From NCBI GenBank assembly GCA_049967855.1, contig JBMFRX010000019.1, forward strand, positions 1 through 21,405: a stretch of 21,405 nucleotides of DNA, written 5' to 3'. The position numbers and the translations under genes are program-made. The DNA is from Caldisericaceae bacterium (lineage in GTDB: Bacteria > Caldisericota > Caldisericia > Caldisericales > Caldisericaceae). The notes beneath the pieces were generated by a model. That model worked only from the letters and a program-made list of their open reading frames with translations, had not been told where the DNA came from and ran no database searches. How positions within the stretch are numbered: the first letter of the stretch is position 1; each line of letters begins with the position of its first letter. Below, piece by piece: positions 1-8,645 of this stretch.

Positions 1-2
1 AT

Positions 3-1328
3 AAGCCCTTTGCCGCATTTGTGATGAAGATAAATTCCACAAGCTTCTCAGTAGATAATTTGCCCAGGCAATTTGCGAATAAATCCGTGTATCCTGTTGG
101 CGTAAACGGCAATGTATTTGTTCCGCTGAGGGATGTTATCAACGAAGCTGGCGGAGATATTTCTTGGAGCGGCAAAGACCGCTCGGTGACGTTCTCCATA
201 AACGGAGTGAAACTCTCTTTTGTAGTTGGAAGCAAATCTTATTCGTTTAATGGAGCAACTGTCGATTTTCCTGCAAACGGCTCTGCGAAGCCTTTTATTG
301 TTAAAGGATCTACGCTTTTTCCACTTGATGTGTTAACTTCCAATTTTGGAGAATCTGCAAGCGCAAATTCGTCAGACAGCTTAAAATTCAATATTTATAA
401 ACAGCTTGTTCAGACGTCAGATGCAACGGGAAGGAAGTTCTATGTACCAAAGAGAATCAACAAAATAGTTTCTCTCTATCCTATGTCAACGCAGTTGTTG
501 TTTCCTCTTAATGCAGAAGATGCTCTTGTTGCAAGCCCTAAAGGTGCAGTGATAAATTTCGACAATTTTGCAAAGGTTTTTCCAAAGGCAAAAGAGCTTC
601 CAAGCGCTTCTGATTTTAAAAACCCAAATGTTGAAACAATTCTATCGTTTGCGCCCGACCTTGTTATAACTACATATTCCACACCAGTGAATAAGCTTGA
701 AGATGCTGGTATCCCTGTTGCCTTGCTCAACCAGGAGTCATTCCAGGGAATGCTAAACTCAATTCAGTTTCTCGGGAACATACTCAATAGAACAAGCGAG
801 GCCTTCAAAGCCCTCGTTTATATAAACCAGGAGATTTCCTCTATTCAAAGCAAGACTAAACCGATGGTTAACAAGCCAAGCGTCTATTTTGCAGGTTCAA
901 GTGTATTGCAAACTTTCGGAAAAGATATGATACAGAATTCTCTTGTGGCGCTTGCTGGAGGAACAAGCGTTTCCAGAGATGTTGTTGGAGGAAAGGTAAA
1001 TGTTTCTTATGAGCAAATTCTTGCGTGGAACCCTGATTTCATAGTTTTGGCGCCTTATTGCAACAGCAAGGTTAGCGATGTTCTGTCAAATCAGAGTTTG
1101 CAATCGGTGAAGGCAGTAAAAAATAAGAATGTAATAATGATGCCTGCCTTTATACTTTCCTACGATGTGCCTGCCCCAGAGTCAGTGCTTGGTGTTATGT
1201 GGATGGCTAATAAATTTTACCCTGGTTCACTGAATTTCAATATCGACGATGAGGCAAAAAGTTTTTACAAGAATATCTACTCATACAAATTGACTGAAAG
1301 CGACCTTGAAATAATTCTTGGGCAGTGA
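3..1328 (+). CDS. ABC transporter substrate-binding protein (class III, BtuF/FhuD/MolA-like) fused to an N-terminal copper amine oxidase-N (stalk) domain; probably 5'-truncated by the window
   Basis: The frame is open from position 3 with no stop before the GTG at 21. The N-terminal part has stalk-domain motifs (NGNVFVPLRDVINEAGGDISW; PFIVKGSTLFPL). The C-terminal part has periplasmic binding protein motifs (TDATGR..VPKRINKIVSL; NPNVETILSFAPDLVI; VSYEQILAWNPDFI; VKAVKNKNV). It is followed by an ATPase and a permease. Confidence 0.85.
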   Translation, partial: KPFAAFVMKINSTSFSVDNLPRQFANKSVYPVGVNGNVFVPLRDVINEAGGDISWSGKDRSVTFSINGVKLSFVVGSKSYSFNGATVDFPANGSAKPFIVKGSTLFPLDVLTSNFGESASANSSDSLKFNIYKQLVQTSDATGRKFYVPKRINKIVSLYPMSTQLLFPLNAEDALVASPKGAVINFDNFAKVFPKAKELPSASDFKNPNVETILSFAPDLVITTYSTPVNKLEDAGIPVALLNQESFQGMLNSIQFLGNILNRTSEAFKALVYINQEISSIQSKTKPMVNKPSVYFAGSSVLQTFGKDMIQNSLVALAGGTSVSRDVVGGKVNVSYEQILAWNPDFIVLAPYCNSKVSDVLSNQSLQSVKAVKNKNVIMMPAFILSYDVPAPESVLGVMWMANKFYPGSLNFNIDDEAKSFYKNIYSYKLTESDLEIILGQ

Positions 1329-1329
1329 A

Positions 1330-2097
1330 ATGATAAAGGTTAATGATTTAAAATTTGGCTACAATGGAAGCAACATCTTAGATGGGCTGTCTCTTGAGGT
1401 GAACGAAGGAGAGATATTTACCATACTTGGGCCAAATGGTAGCGGCAAAACAACCTTTCTCAAGTGCATAGAGAGAATACTTGTTCCCAAAAGCGGAACG
1501 ATAGCAATCTCTGGGAAAGACTTGAACGAATATTCTATAAAAGAGCTCGGTAAAGTGGTGTCTTCTGTTCCGCAACTGCACAGGCTTACGTTTCCTTTTA
1601 CTGTTCTTGATTTTGTACTGATGGGCAGAAATCCTTATCTTGATTTCTTCTCTTTGCCTAGCAAGGACGACCTTGAGATTGCGCTTGAAGCACTCAACGA
1701 CGTTGGAATTGCTCACCTCAGGGATTCCCCTTACACCAACATAAGCGGAGGCGAGTTGAGACTTACTCTCATAGCAAGAGTTCTTGCTCAGAGGACTCCT
1801 GTTGTCATTCTTGATGAGCCCACGGCTTTTCTTGATTTCAAAAATGAATACATCATCCTCAGCAAAATACGTGAGTTAAAGATGAAAAAGGGCCTCACCA
1901 TTGTATTAACACTCCACGACCCAAATCTTGCAATGCGTTTTTCCGACAGGGTAATGATGCTTTCTGATGGCAAGATTCTTTCAATAGGGACTCCGACGGA
2001 AGTGCTTACACAAGATAACATAAAGCTACTTTATGGCGTAGAAACGGAGAAAATGGAAAGTGAAGGTAACTCCTACTTCTTCCCAAAAGAATTCTAA
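1330..2097 (+). CDS. Type II ABC importer ATP-binding protein (FecE/BtuD/MolC-like)
   Basis: Walker A GPNGSGKTT, Q-loop VPQ, signature ISGGE, Walker B VVILDEPT, H-loop LHD. ATG at 1330 lies directly after the upstream stop. Confidence 0.92.
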   Translation: MIKVNDLKFGYNGSNILDGLSLEVNEGEIFTILGPNGSGKTTFLKCIERILVPKSGTIAISGKDLNEYSIKELGKVVSSVPQLHRLTFPFTVLDFVLMGRNPYLDFFSLPSKDDLEIALEALNDVGIAHLRDSPYTNISGGELRLTLIARVLAQRTPVVILDEPTAFLDFKNEYIILSKIRELKMKKGLTIVLTLHDPNLAMRFSDRVMMLSDGKILSIGTPTEVLTQDNIKLLYGVETEKMESEGNSYFFPKEF

Positions 2098-3106
2098 GAA
2101 GAGTTTTTCTTTTTACTCTATTATATTTTTGCTTGTGGGAGCGAATGTAGCCCTATTTGTTGTATCGTTGGGAGTTGGAAGGTACAGTATTGCACCGACA
2201 ACTGTAATTCGGGCATTACTCGCGAGACTTTTGAACCATAGCAATAGTGTTTCAAGTACCGTTGATACGGTAATCTTTGATATAAGGTTACCGCGGATTA
2301 TTGCCGCTTTGCTCATAGGAACCTCCCTTTCTGAAAGCGGAGCGGCATATCAGGGTATTTTCGACAATCCTCTCGTTTCGCCTTTTACCCTTGGCTTGTC
2401 TTCTGGAGCTGGCTTTGGTGCAGCACTTGCTATGCTTGCTGGGGCAAACGAGCTTTTTATCCAAATCTCTGCATTTATATTTGCTATAATTTCTGTAATC
2501 TTAAGCATAGCTATTGGAAAAACAAAAAATCAATCAAATTCAGTAACGCTTGTTCTTGCTGGATTTATCGTTAGCAGCCTTTTTACTTCCTTACTTTCGT
2601 TTCTGAAATACTATGCAGACCCATACACCAAACTGCCATCTATTGTCTTCTGGCTGATGGGTTCCTTGAGCGACATTTCATCAAGAACAGTAATGGTGAT
2701 TGCGCCAATAATGATTGCTCTAATTCTTGCACTTTACTTTTTGCGGTGGAAGCTTAACATACTTTCGCTTGGCGACGAGGAAGCGCTTATGCTCGGAGAG
2801 AATCCAAGAAGGCTCAGGTATTTTATTATTTTTATCTCTACGCTTCTAACTTCTCTGAGTGTTTCTATAAGTGGCGTAATAGGATGGGTGGGTTTGGTTG
2901 TTCCTCACATTGGAAGGATGCTTGTTGGACCTGACTACAGAAAGCTTCTTCCTGTAACAATCCTGTTAGGTTCGGCGTATTTGCTCCTGATAGATGATAT
3001 CTCAAGGACGATCACTGCATCGGAAATGCCTATTGGCATTCTCACGGCTCTTATTGGAACTCCAATCTTTATTTATATAATGTGGAAAGGCAAATACAGG
3101 TGGTAG
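2060..3106 (+). CDS. Type II ABC importer permease (FecCD/BtuC family, MolB/HI1471-like)
   Basis: Multi-TM protein with IRLPRII, QGIFDNPLVSP, KLPSIVFWLMGS, IGWVGLVVPHIGR and MPIGILTALIG motifs. The exact start is uncertain. Confidence 0.9.
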   Translation: MKVTPTSSQKNSKKSFSFYSIIFLLVGANVALFVVSLGVGRYSIAPTTVIRALLARLLNHSNSVSSTVDTVIFDIRLPRIIAALLIGTSLSESGAAYQGIFDNPLVSPFTLGLSSGAGFGAALAMLAGANELFIQISAFIFAIISVILSIAIGKTKNQSNSVTLVLAGFIVSSLFTSLLSFLKYYADPYTKLPSIVFWLMGSLSDISSRTVMVIAPIMIALILALYFLRWKLNILSLGDEEALMLGENPRRLRYFIIFISTLLTSLSVSISGVIGWVGLVVPHIGRMLVGPDYRKLLPVTILLGSAYLLLIDDISRTITASEMPIGILTALIGTPIFIYIMWKGKYRW

Positions 3107-3107
3107 T

Positions 3108-3135
3108 TTGTTTTTTTGTCCACTAACTGTATAAT
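3108..3135 (+). promoter_or_regulatory. Predicted sigma70-type promoter for the SDH protease
   Basis: TTGTTT (3108-3113), 16-bp spacer, TATAAT (3130-3135); AAGGAGG RBS downstream. Confidence 0.55.
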
Positions 3136-3160
3136 TGAGAAGAAAGGAGGCTATGATATT

Positions 3161-4030
3161 ATGGACAGTGCAAGTTTAGGAACGATTATCAGTACAATTT
3201 TTTGGATTCTTATTGCATTAGCTCTGATTACTCCTTCGTTGAGACAGAGAGCCCTTGAGAATTCGAGGATAGCGATTATAAGGGCAATTGAATTGAAACG
3301 TAAGTCACGCGTGATTGTGATTATACATCGACAGGAAACAATGAGCCTGCTTGGGATACCAATTGCTCGATACATCAGCATTGAAGACTCCGAGGCTGTA
3401 TTGCGCGCTATCAGGCTTACTCCGCCAGATATGCCTATAGATATTATTCTCCACACCCCAGGAGGTCTTGTTCTTGCAACTGAGCAAATTGCTTATGCAC
3501 TTGTTAAGCACAAATCTCCTGTAACTGTTTTTGTGCCTCATTATGCTATGAGTGGAGGAACGCTTCTTGCACTTGCCTCCGATGATATTGTGATGGATGA
3601 CAACGCAGTCCTTGGTCCTGTTGACCCTCAAATTGGCGATTATCCAGCTGTGTCAATAATCAAGGTTGCCGAAGAGAAGAATAAAGACCGCGTTAGCGAC
3701 GAAACTTTAATCCTTGCAGATATTTCAAGGAAGGCAATTGTTCAGGTGAAAGATTTTGTCAGAATGATTCTCACCGCAAACAACTACACTGAAGAGCAGG
3801 TTAGCTCTATTTCTGAAGCGCTCACAAGCGGTCAATGGACTCATGATTATCCCGTAAACTATGAACAGGCGAAGCAATTGGGACTGAAAGTCTCTTTAGA
3901 TATGCCAAAGGAGATTTATGAGCTTATGGACCTCTACCCGCAGAATCCTTCAATGCGCCCTTCAGTTCAGTATATTCCTTTGCCATACAAAAAACCGAAC
4001 ATTACTCCAGGTGCTCCTTCACGGAAATGA
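3161..4030 (+). CDS. SDH-family (Ser-Asp-His) Clp-fold membrane-anchored serine proteinase
   Basis: N-terminal TM helix; motifs IHRQE, LHTPGG, AMSGGTL (Ser), LGPVDPQ (Asp), WTHDYP (His). ATG at 3161 follows AAGGAGG. Confidence 0.9.
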   Translation: MDSASLGTIISTIFWILIALALITPSLRQRALENSRIAIIRAIELKRKSRVIVIIHRQETMSLLGIPIARYISIEDSEAVLRAIRLTPPDMPIDIILHTPGGLVLATEQIAYALVKHKSPVTVFVPHYAMSGGTLLALASDDIVMDDNAVLGPVDPQIGDYPAVSIIKVAEEKNKDRVSDETLILADISRKAIVQVKDFVRMILTANNYTEEQVSSISEALTSGQWTHDYPVNYEQAKQLGLKVSLDMPKEIYELMDLYPQNPSMRPSVQYIPLPYKKPNITPGAPSRK

Positions 4031-4320
4031 CAGATAGAGACGAAACCAGGAATTTAGGCACGACTGAACGGATAATAAGGGTCATATTAGGGATTGCGAT
4101 TTTTGCTTTTGGGCTTGAAGTTTCTAATATTGTTTCTCTTAAAGAGAGCAGTAGTGTTGCAAATGGTTCTTTTCTTTTTATTCTTGCAAGCTTTATAGAT
4201 CGTTTTAGAAACGTTGTTAGAGAAATTGCCTGGTTCCTGGGATTTGTACTGTTTTTTACTGGCTCAACAGGTTTTTGCCCAATTTACAAATTGGTGCAAC
4301 GCTCACGGTCTAAGAAATAA
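4027..4320 (+). CDS. DUF2892 / YgaP-like small membrane protein
   Basis: NLGTTERIIRVILG N-terminus and TG..GFCPIY C-terminus; ATGA overlap with the protease stop. Confidence 0.8.
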   Translation: MTDRDETRNLGTTERIIRVILGIAIFAFGLEVSNIVSLKESSSVANGSFLFILASFIDRFRNVVREIAWFLGFVLFFTGSTGFCPIYKLVQRSRSKK

Positions 4321-4864
4321 ATCTCTCTTTTACACGCTTGATGAACAGAACCCTTGTGACATTATGCTCAAGGGTTTTTTTGAATCCGAGTTTTTCAAAA
4401 GCTCTTATTGAGTTTTTATTGTTGTTGAAGATTTCAACATTTGCCTTTGAATAGCCCAGGCCCTTATAGGCTTCGATTACGTATTTTACTTCTGAATAAA
4501 TCGCAGCCTTTCCCCTTGCCTCTAAAAAGGTAAAGCAGTTGAAAAAGTATATCTCTTTGGCTTTCAGTGAGAAAAAAGCAAAATCCCTCGGGTTTACTGC
4601 AAAGAAACAGTAAGAAGCTGGTGATTTGTCAAGGTAAGAAATCACAAGCATATCCCCTGAGTAGAGAGCTATTTTTATACTGCGGGAAGAAATCAGTGAA
4701 TCTCTTTCCATTCTCTCAAGAAATTCGTACGGCAGGTCAAAATAATTGCTGATAATTCTGTGTTCAAAACTGCCGCGGGGTTTGTAGTCATTTACGTTAT
4801 TCAAAGGAAGTTCATAGTGTCCGATGGTGCAGTTTGAATAAACCATTCTAATCAATTTTTCCAT
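4310..4864 (-). CDS. GNAT-family N-acetyltransferase
   Basis: 184-aa ORF. The C-terminal half has CFTFLEARGKA (motif A-like) and N.NSIRAFEKLGF (motif B). Confidence 0.7.
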   Translation of the reverse strand: MEKLIRMVYSNCTIGHYELPLNNVNDYKPRGSFEHRIISNYFDLPYEFLERMERDSLISSRSIKIALYSGDMLVISYLDKSPASYCFFAVNPRDFAFFSLKAKEIYFFNCFTFLEARGKAAIYSEVKYVIEAYKGLGYSKANVEIFNNNKNSIRAFEKLGFKKTLEHNVTRVLFIKRVKERFIS

Positions 4865-4890
4865 TTCTCTGACGTTTATACCCTTTTTTA

Positions 4891-4898
4891 ATTATAAT
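4891..4898. promoter_or_regulatory. Palindromic ATTATAAT giving a TATAAT -10 element on both strands, between the divergent GNAT and zincin genes
   Basis: TATAAT on + at 4893-4898 and on - at 4896-4891, within a 41-bp divergent intergenic region. Confidence 0.5.
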
Positions 4899-4905
4899 GT
4901 TATCA

Positions 4906-5283
4906 ATGGATATTACAAGAGAAGAATTTGAAAAATTAGTTAAAGAGGTTGTATCTACTCTTCCCTACAAGTTTAGCTCTAAAATCGAAAATCTTGAGTT
5001 TATTGTAAGTGACTATCCCGATGTTGATATGCTCAAAAGGCAAGGCATCTACGGAATTGGGACCTTGTTAGGACTGTACGAAGGAGTCCCCATTGCAAAG
5101 CGTGGTCCTGGCTATCAGGCAATATTACCTGATAGGATAACGATTTTTATGTTTCCGATAATTGACTACTGCAATGTGAGCGGGGAGGATTTGAAGGAAA
5201 AGGTAAGAAAAGTCGTTCTCCATGAAATAGGTCATTTTTTTGGCCTTTCTGAGACCGAGTTGAGAGATTTAGGTATTGCCTAA
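4906..5283 (+). CDS. Zincin-like (Zincin_1 / DUF1025) minimal metallopeptidase
   Basis: Motifs EEFEKLV, LLGLYEGVP, LPDRITIF and zinc-binding HEIGHFFG. ATG 4906 is preferred over 4897, which overlaps the -10 box. Confidence 0.88.
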   Translation: MDITREEFEKLVKEVVSTLPYKFSSKIENLEFIVSDYPDVDMLKRQGIYGIGTLLGLYEGVPIAKRGPGYQAILPDRITIFMFPIIDYCNVSGEDLKEKVRKVVLHEIGHFFGLSETELRDLGIA

Positions 5284-5288
5284 AAGCT

Positions 5289-5316
5289 TTTGAAATTATT
5301 TTGAGAATAGTATAAT
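5289..5316 (+). promoter_or_regulatory. Predicted promoter of the pdh-like operon
   Basis: TATAAT at 5311-5316 with a weak -35 (TTTGAA/TTGAAA near 5289-5295); GAGGTG RBS before ATG 5341. Confidence 0.45.
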
Positions 5317-5340
5317 ATGTTGGCATGAATTGAGGTGGGA

Positions 5341-6750
5341 ATGAAAAGAGATATCGAGAGTCACCCTATTTTGTCTTTTGACAAAGGGAAGAAATTAAAC
5401 TTTATTTTTGAAGGAGAATCAGTCGAAGCTTACGAAGGAGAGACTGTTGGCGTTGCTCTCTACAGGAATGGGATAGATGTCTTTTCTGAAAGTCCAAAGC
5501 TTCATCATCCAAGAGGTATGTTTTGTGCCATAGGGAAGTGTTCCTCTTGTATGATGAGAGTTAATGGAGTCCCTAACGTCAGAACTTGCATTCTCAATGT
5601 CCGTGAAGGTATGGTAGTTGAACGGCAGGACGGACTTGGGCAAGCTCCCGACGCTCACGAACGATTTTTGGAACCAGAAACTGTCGAAACTGATGCTGTA
5701 GTTGTTGGCGCTGGCCCTGCTGGATTGAATGCGGCAATTTTGCTCAAAAGTTACGGTGTCAATGTGCTGCTTGTTGAGCAGAATCCGTTGTTAGGCGGGC
5801 AGTTGATAAAGCAAACGCACAAGTTCTTTGGCTCTGAAAAGGAAAGTGCTGGTTCTCGTGGCTTTGTAATTGCCAGGGAACTTATAGCCGAAGCGAAGAA
5901 ACTTGGTGTTGAGTCTATGACGAGCACAACAGCTTTTGGATACTATCCTGAGGATGGAATTCTTGGCTTGATGAAGGAAAATCAATTTGTGAGAGTGAAG
6001 CCCAGATTCCTTGTAGTTGCTGCTGGCGCAAGTGAAAAGATGCTTGCATTTCCTGGAAATGATATTCCAGGTGTCTTTGGGGCAGGGGCTGCACAGACAC
6101 TTATGAATGTTTTTGGTGTTGCTCCAGGACAGAACGTTCTTATGGTGGGGGCAGGAAACGTTGGTTTGATTGTTTCATATCAGCTTCTGCAAGCTGGAGT
6201 AAAGGTTGCAGGAGTTGTTGAGGCGATGGATTCAGTCGGTGGTTATTTTGTGCATGCTGCAAAGTTGAGGCGTTTTGGCGTGCCGATTCTTACTAACACT
6301 ACCATAAAAGAAGTTATCGGTTATGATCGCGTTGAAAAGGCAATCACTGTAAGTCTTGATAGCAATTTCAAGGAAATAGAAGACACTGAGAGAGAATGGA
6401 GTGTTGATACTGTCTGTCTTTCGACAGGGCTAATCCCTTCGGTTAACTTGCTTGGGCAGGCTGGGTGCGAATTGAAATATTCAGCTGCTCTTGGAGGTTT
6501 TGTCCCCCTAAGAGACAAGAACCTTAGAACTACAAAGAGCAATATTTTTGTGGCTGGCGATGTTGACGGCATAGAAGAGGCCTCAACTGCAATGCTTGAA
6601 GGGAAGATTGCTTCCTATGCAATCCTGAAGGATATGGGTTTTAACGTAGATTCACAGCTTCAAGAGGCTAAAGATGAAATTGCAGCTCTAAGAGCAGGTC
6701 CATTTGCCAGAAAAATTCTTAATGGCATTAGTGAGGTTGAACTGAAATGA
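5341..6750 (+). CDS. FAD/NAD(P)-dependent oxidoreductase with N-terminal 2Fe-2S domain; alpha subunit of a dye-linked L-proline dehydrogenase / sarcosine-oxidase-like complex (PdhA-like)
   Basis: Fer2_4 motif CAIGKCSSC..N.RTC; two Rossmann motifs VVVGAGPAG and MVGAGNVG; also LGGQLIKQTH and IFVAGD. Confidence 0.88.
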   Translation: MKRDIESHPILSFDKGKKLNFIFEGESVEAYEGETVGVALYRNGIDVFSESPKLHHPRGMFCAIGKCSSCMMRVNGVPNVRTCILNVREGMVVERQDGLGQAPDAHERFLEPETVETDAVVVGAGPAGLNAAILLKSYGVNVLLVEQNPLLGGQLIKQTHKFFGSEKESAGSRGFVIARELIAEAKKLGVESMTSTTAFGYYPEDGILGLMKENQFVRVKPRFLVVAAGASEKMLAFPGNDIPGVFGAGAAQTLMNVFGVAPGQNVLMVGAGNVGLIVSYQLLQAGVKVAGVVEAMDSVGGYFVHAAKLRRFGVPILTNTTIKEVIGYDRVEKAITVSLDSNFKEIEDTEREWSVDTVCLSTGLIPSVNLLGQAGCELKYSAALGGFVPLRDKNLRTTKSNIFVAGDVDGIEEASTAMLEGKIASYAILKDMGFNVDSQLQEAKDEIAALRAGPFARKILNGISEVELK

Positions 6751-7235
6751 AAGAATATCTAAAACGAGGTTTTCTTGAGAAGAGTGAACTTGCTTCCAAT
6801 TTTCCTCCAAGGCAAATCATTGAGAAGCATTCTGTTGCAATGACGGAGTGCGTGCAGGAAATTCCGTGCAATCCGTGTGTTACCGCCTGCCCTGTTGGCG
6901 CTATTTCAATGGCTGACATCAATTCAATTCCAAAGGTAAATTTTGAAACGTGTATTGGTTGTGGCAAATGCGTTGCCGTGTGTCCAGGCCTTGCTATGTT
7001 TATGATGAGAATTGATGAAAGAGGAGGAGAAGTCACCCTTCCTTATGAGATGCTGCCTGTGCCTGTAAAAGGAGAGACAGTGAATCTGCTCAACAGGTCT
7101 GGCGAGATTGTCTCAAAAGGAACTGTTTCAAGAGTAATTTCTGCAAATGGAAGCATAAAATCATCGATTGTAACAGTCAGGTTCAAAGACCCTGAACTTG
7201 TCTATGAGGTAAGGAATATCGAGGTAATACGATGA
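6747..7235 (+). CDS. 4Fe-4S dicluster ferredoxin subunit (PdhF/gamma-like)
   Basis: CVQEIPCNPCVTACP and CIGCGKCVAVCP; ATGA overlap with the alpha subunit. Confidence 0.88.
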   Translation: MKEYLKRGFLEKSELASNFPPRQIIEKHSVAMTECVQEIPCNPCVTACPVGAISMADINSIPKVNFETCIGCGKCVAVCPGLAMFMMRIDERGGEVTLPYEMLPVPVKGETVNLLNRSGEIVSKGTVSRVISANGSIKSSIVTVRFKDPELVYEVRNIEVIR

Positions 7236-7510
7236 ACGAAGAGAAAGTTATAATTTGCAGATGCGAAGACGTGACGTTAGCTGACATAAATAAGGCATTC
7301 AAAGATGGTTATACGGATATCGAATCAATCAGAAGATATTTAAAAATAGGCACAGGGCCCTGCCAGGGCAAAACTTGCATCCCACTTCTCCAGAAGATTC
7401 TTGCAGGGCTTAAAGGCAGCAAAGAGATTGAAAATATTACGTCAAGGCCACCAGAGTCCCCTGTTCCTTTCGGGGCTTTAATAGAAAGAGGCAAAGATGG
7501 AAAACTATGA
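7232..7510 (+). CDS. BFD-like 2Fe-2S protein (PdhX/delta-like)
   Basis: IICRCEDVT...GTGPCQGKTC...TSRPP motif; ATGA overlap. Confidence 0.88.
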   Translation: MNEEKVIICRCEDVTLADINKAFKDGYTDIESIRRYLKIGTGPCQGKTCIPLLQKILAGLKGSKEIENITSRPPESPVPFGALIERGKDGKL

Positions 7511-8630
7511 TGTGGTTATTGTCGGAGCAGGCATAAGCGGCCTTTCAACTGCTTACTATCTGGGAAAAGCAGGAGTAAAGAAAGTTTTGCTGCTCGACAA
7601 GTCTTACATTGGTGCAGGTTCGACTGGACGCTGCGGTACAGGCATAAGGCAGCAGTTCACAACGCGGGAACATATTGTACTGATGAGAGAGAGCGTAAAA
7701 TTGTGGCAGGAGTGGGAGGAAAGCCTTCCCTATCCAATTCATTTCAGGCAGGGCGGATATCTCTGGTTGCTGAGAAGCCAGGAAGAAGCTGAGCAATACA
7801 AAGAATATGTTAAATTACAGAACCTCCTTGGCGTTGGCAGTATGATTATCAGCGCTCTCGATGCAAAAGCCATTGTCCCTGAGCTGAACATTGAAGGAAT
7901 CTATGGGGCAAGCTGGTGCCCGACAGATGGAAATGCATATCCACAGGATGTGCTCATCGGGCTGGAAAAAGCAGTAAAGCAAATGGGTATAGAAATCAGA
8001 ACTTACGAAAGCGTTGAAGATATTAAGATTAAGAATAATGTTATAAGCGAAGTAGTGACAGATAAGCAAACCTATGGTGCAGGATTCGTGCTTAATGCAA
8101 GTGGAAACTTCTCAAAGTTGCTTGGGAGAATCGCTCACGTTGAGCTTCCTCTTGAAAACTTCAGGCACCAAATTGCAGTGAGCGAACCGCTCAAAATTTT
8201 CCTGAGCCCAATGGTAGTGAAAGGTGATTTGTATTTTACTCAGACTTATCGCGGGCGGATAATCGGTGGAACGGATATTGGCGGCAATCCAAGCGAGAGT
8301 CTTTTGTCAACGGTGTCATTTATCGAGCGGTATGCAGGCGAGCTTGTTTCTACAATGCCTTTGCTTTCATCTGTAAAATTTATGCGTCAATGGGCTGGAT
8401 TCTACGTAGTATCACCAGATCATCATCCGATCATAGGCCCGACAGGTGTTTCGAATTTCATTGTCGCAACTGGCTATTCTGGACATGGATTTATGCTTGG
8501 ACCGATTATCGGAAAGCTTATCGCAGGCTACATAAGGGACGGAAGTTTCTTCTTACCTGAGGCAAACAACCTGACGCTTGAGCGCTTCTCAACAGGAAAG
8601 TTGATTCAGGAGAGAGCCGTCATTGGCTGA
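7497..8630 (+). CDS. FAD-dependent amino/imino-acid dehydrogenase of the DAO family; beta subunit (PdhB/SoxB-like)
   Basis: VVIVGAGISG, GSTGRCGTGIRQQF, RQWAGFY.VSPDHHPIIG, GYSGHGFMLGP. Confidence 0.9.
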   Translation: MENYDVVIVGAGISGLSTAYYLGKAGVKKVLLLDKSYIGAGSTGRCGTGIRQQFTTREHIVLMRESVKLWQEWEESLPYPIHFRQGGYLWLLRSQEEAEQYKEYVKLQNLLGVGSMIISALDAKAIVPELNIEGIYGASWCPTDGNAYPQDVLIGLEKAVKQMGIEIRTYESVEDIKIKNNVISEVVTDKQTYGAGFVLNASGNFSKLLGRIAHVELPLENFRHQIAVSEPLKIFLSPMVVKGDLYFTQTYRGRIIGGTDIGGNPSESLLSTVSFIERYAGELVSTMPLLSSVKFMRQWAGFYVVSPDHHPIIGPTGVSNFIVATGYSGHGFMLGPIIGKLIAGYIRDGSFFLPEANNLTLERFSTGKLIQERAVIG

Positions 8631-8645
8631 ACCTAATTTTGTAAC

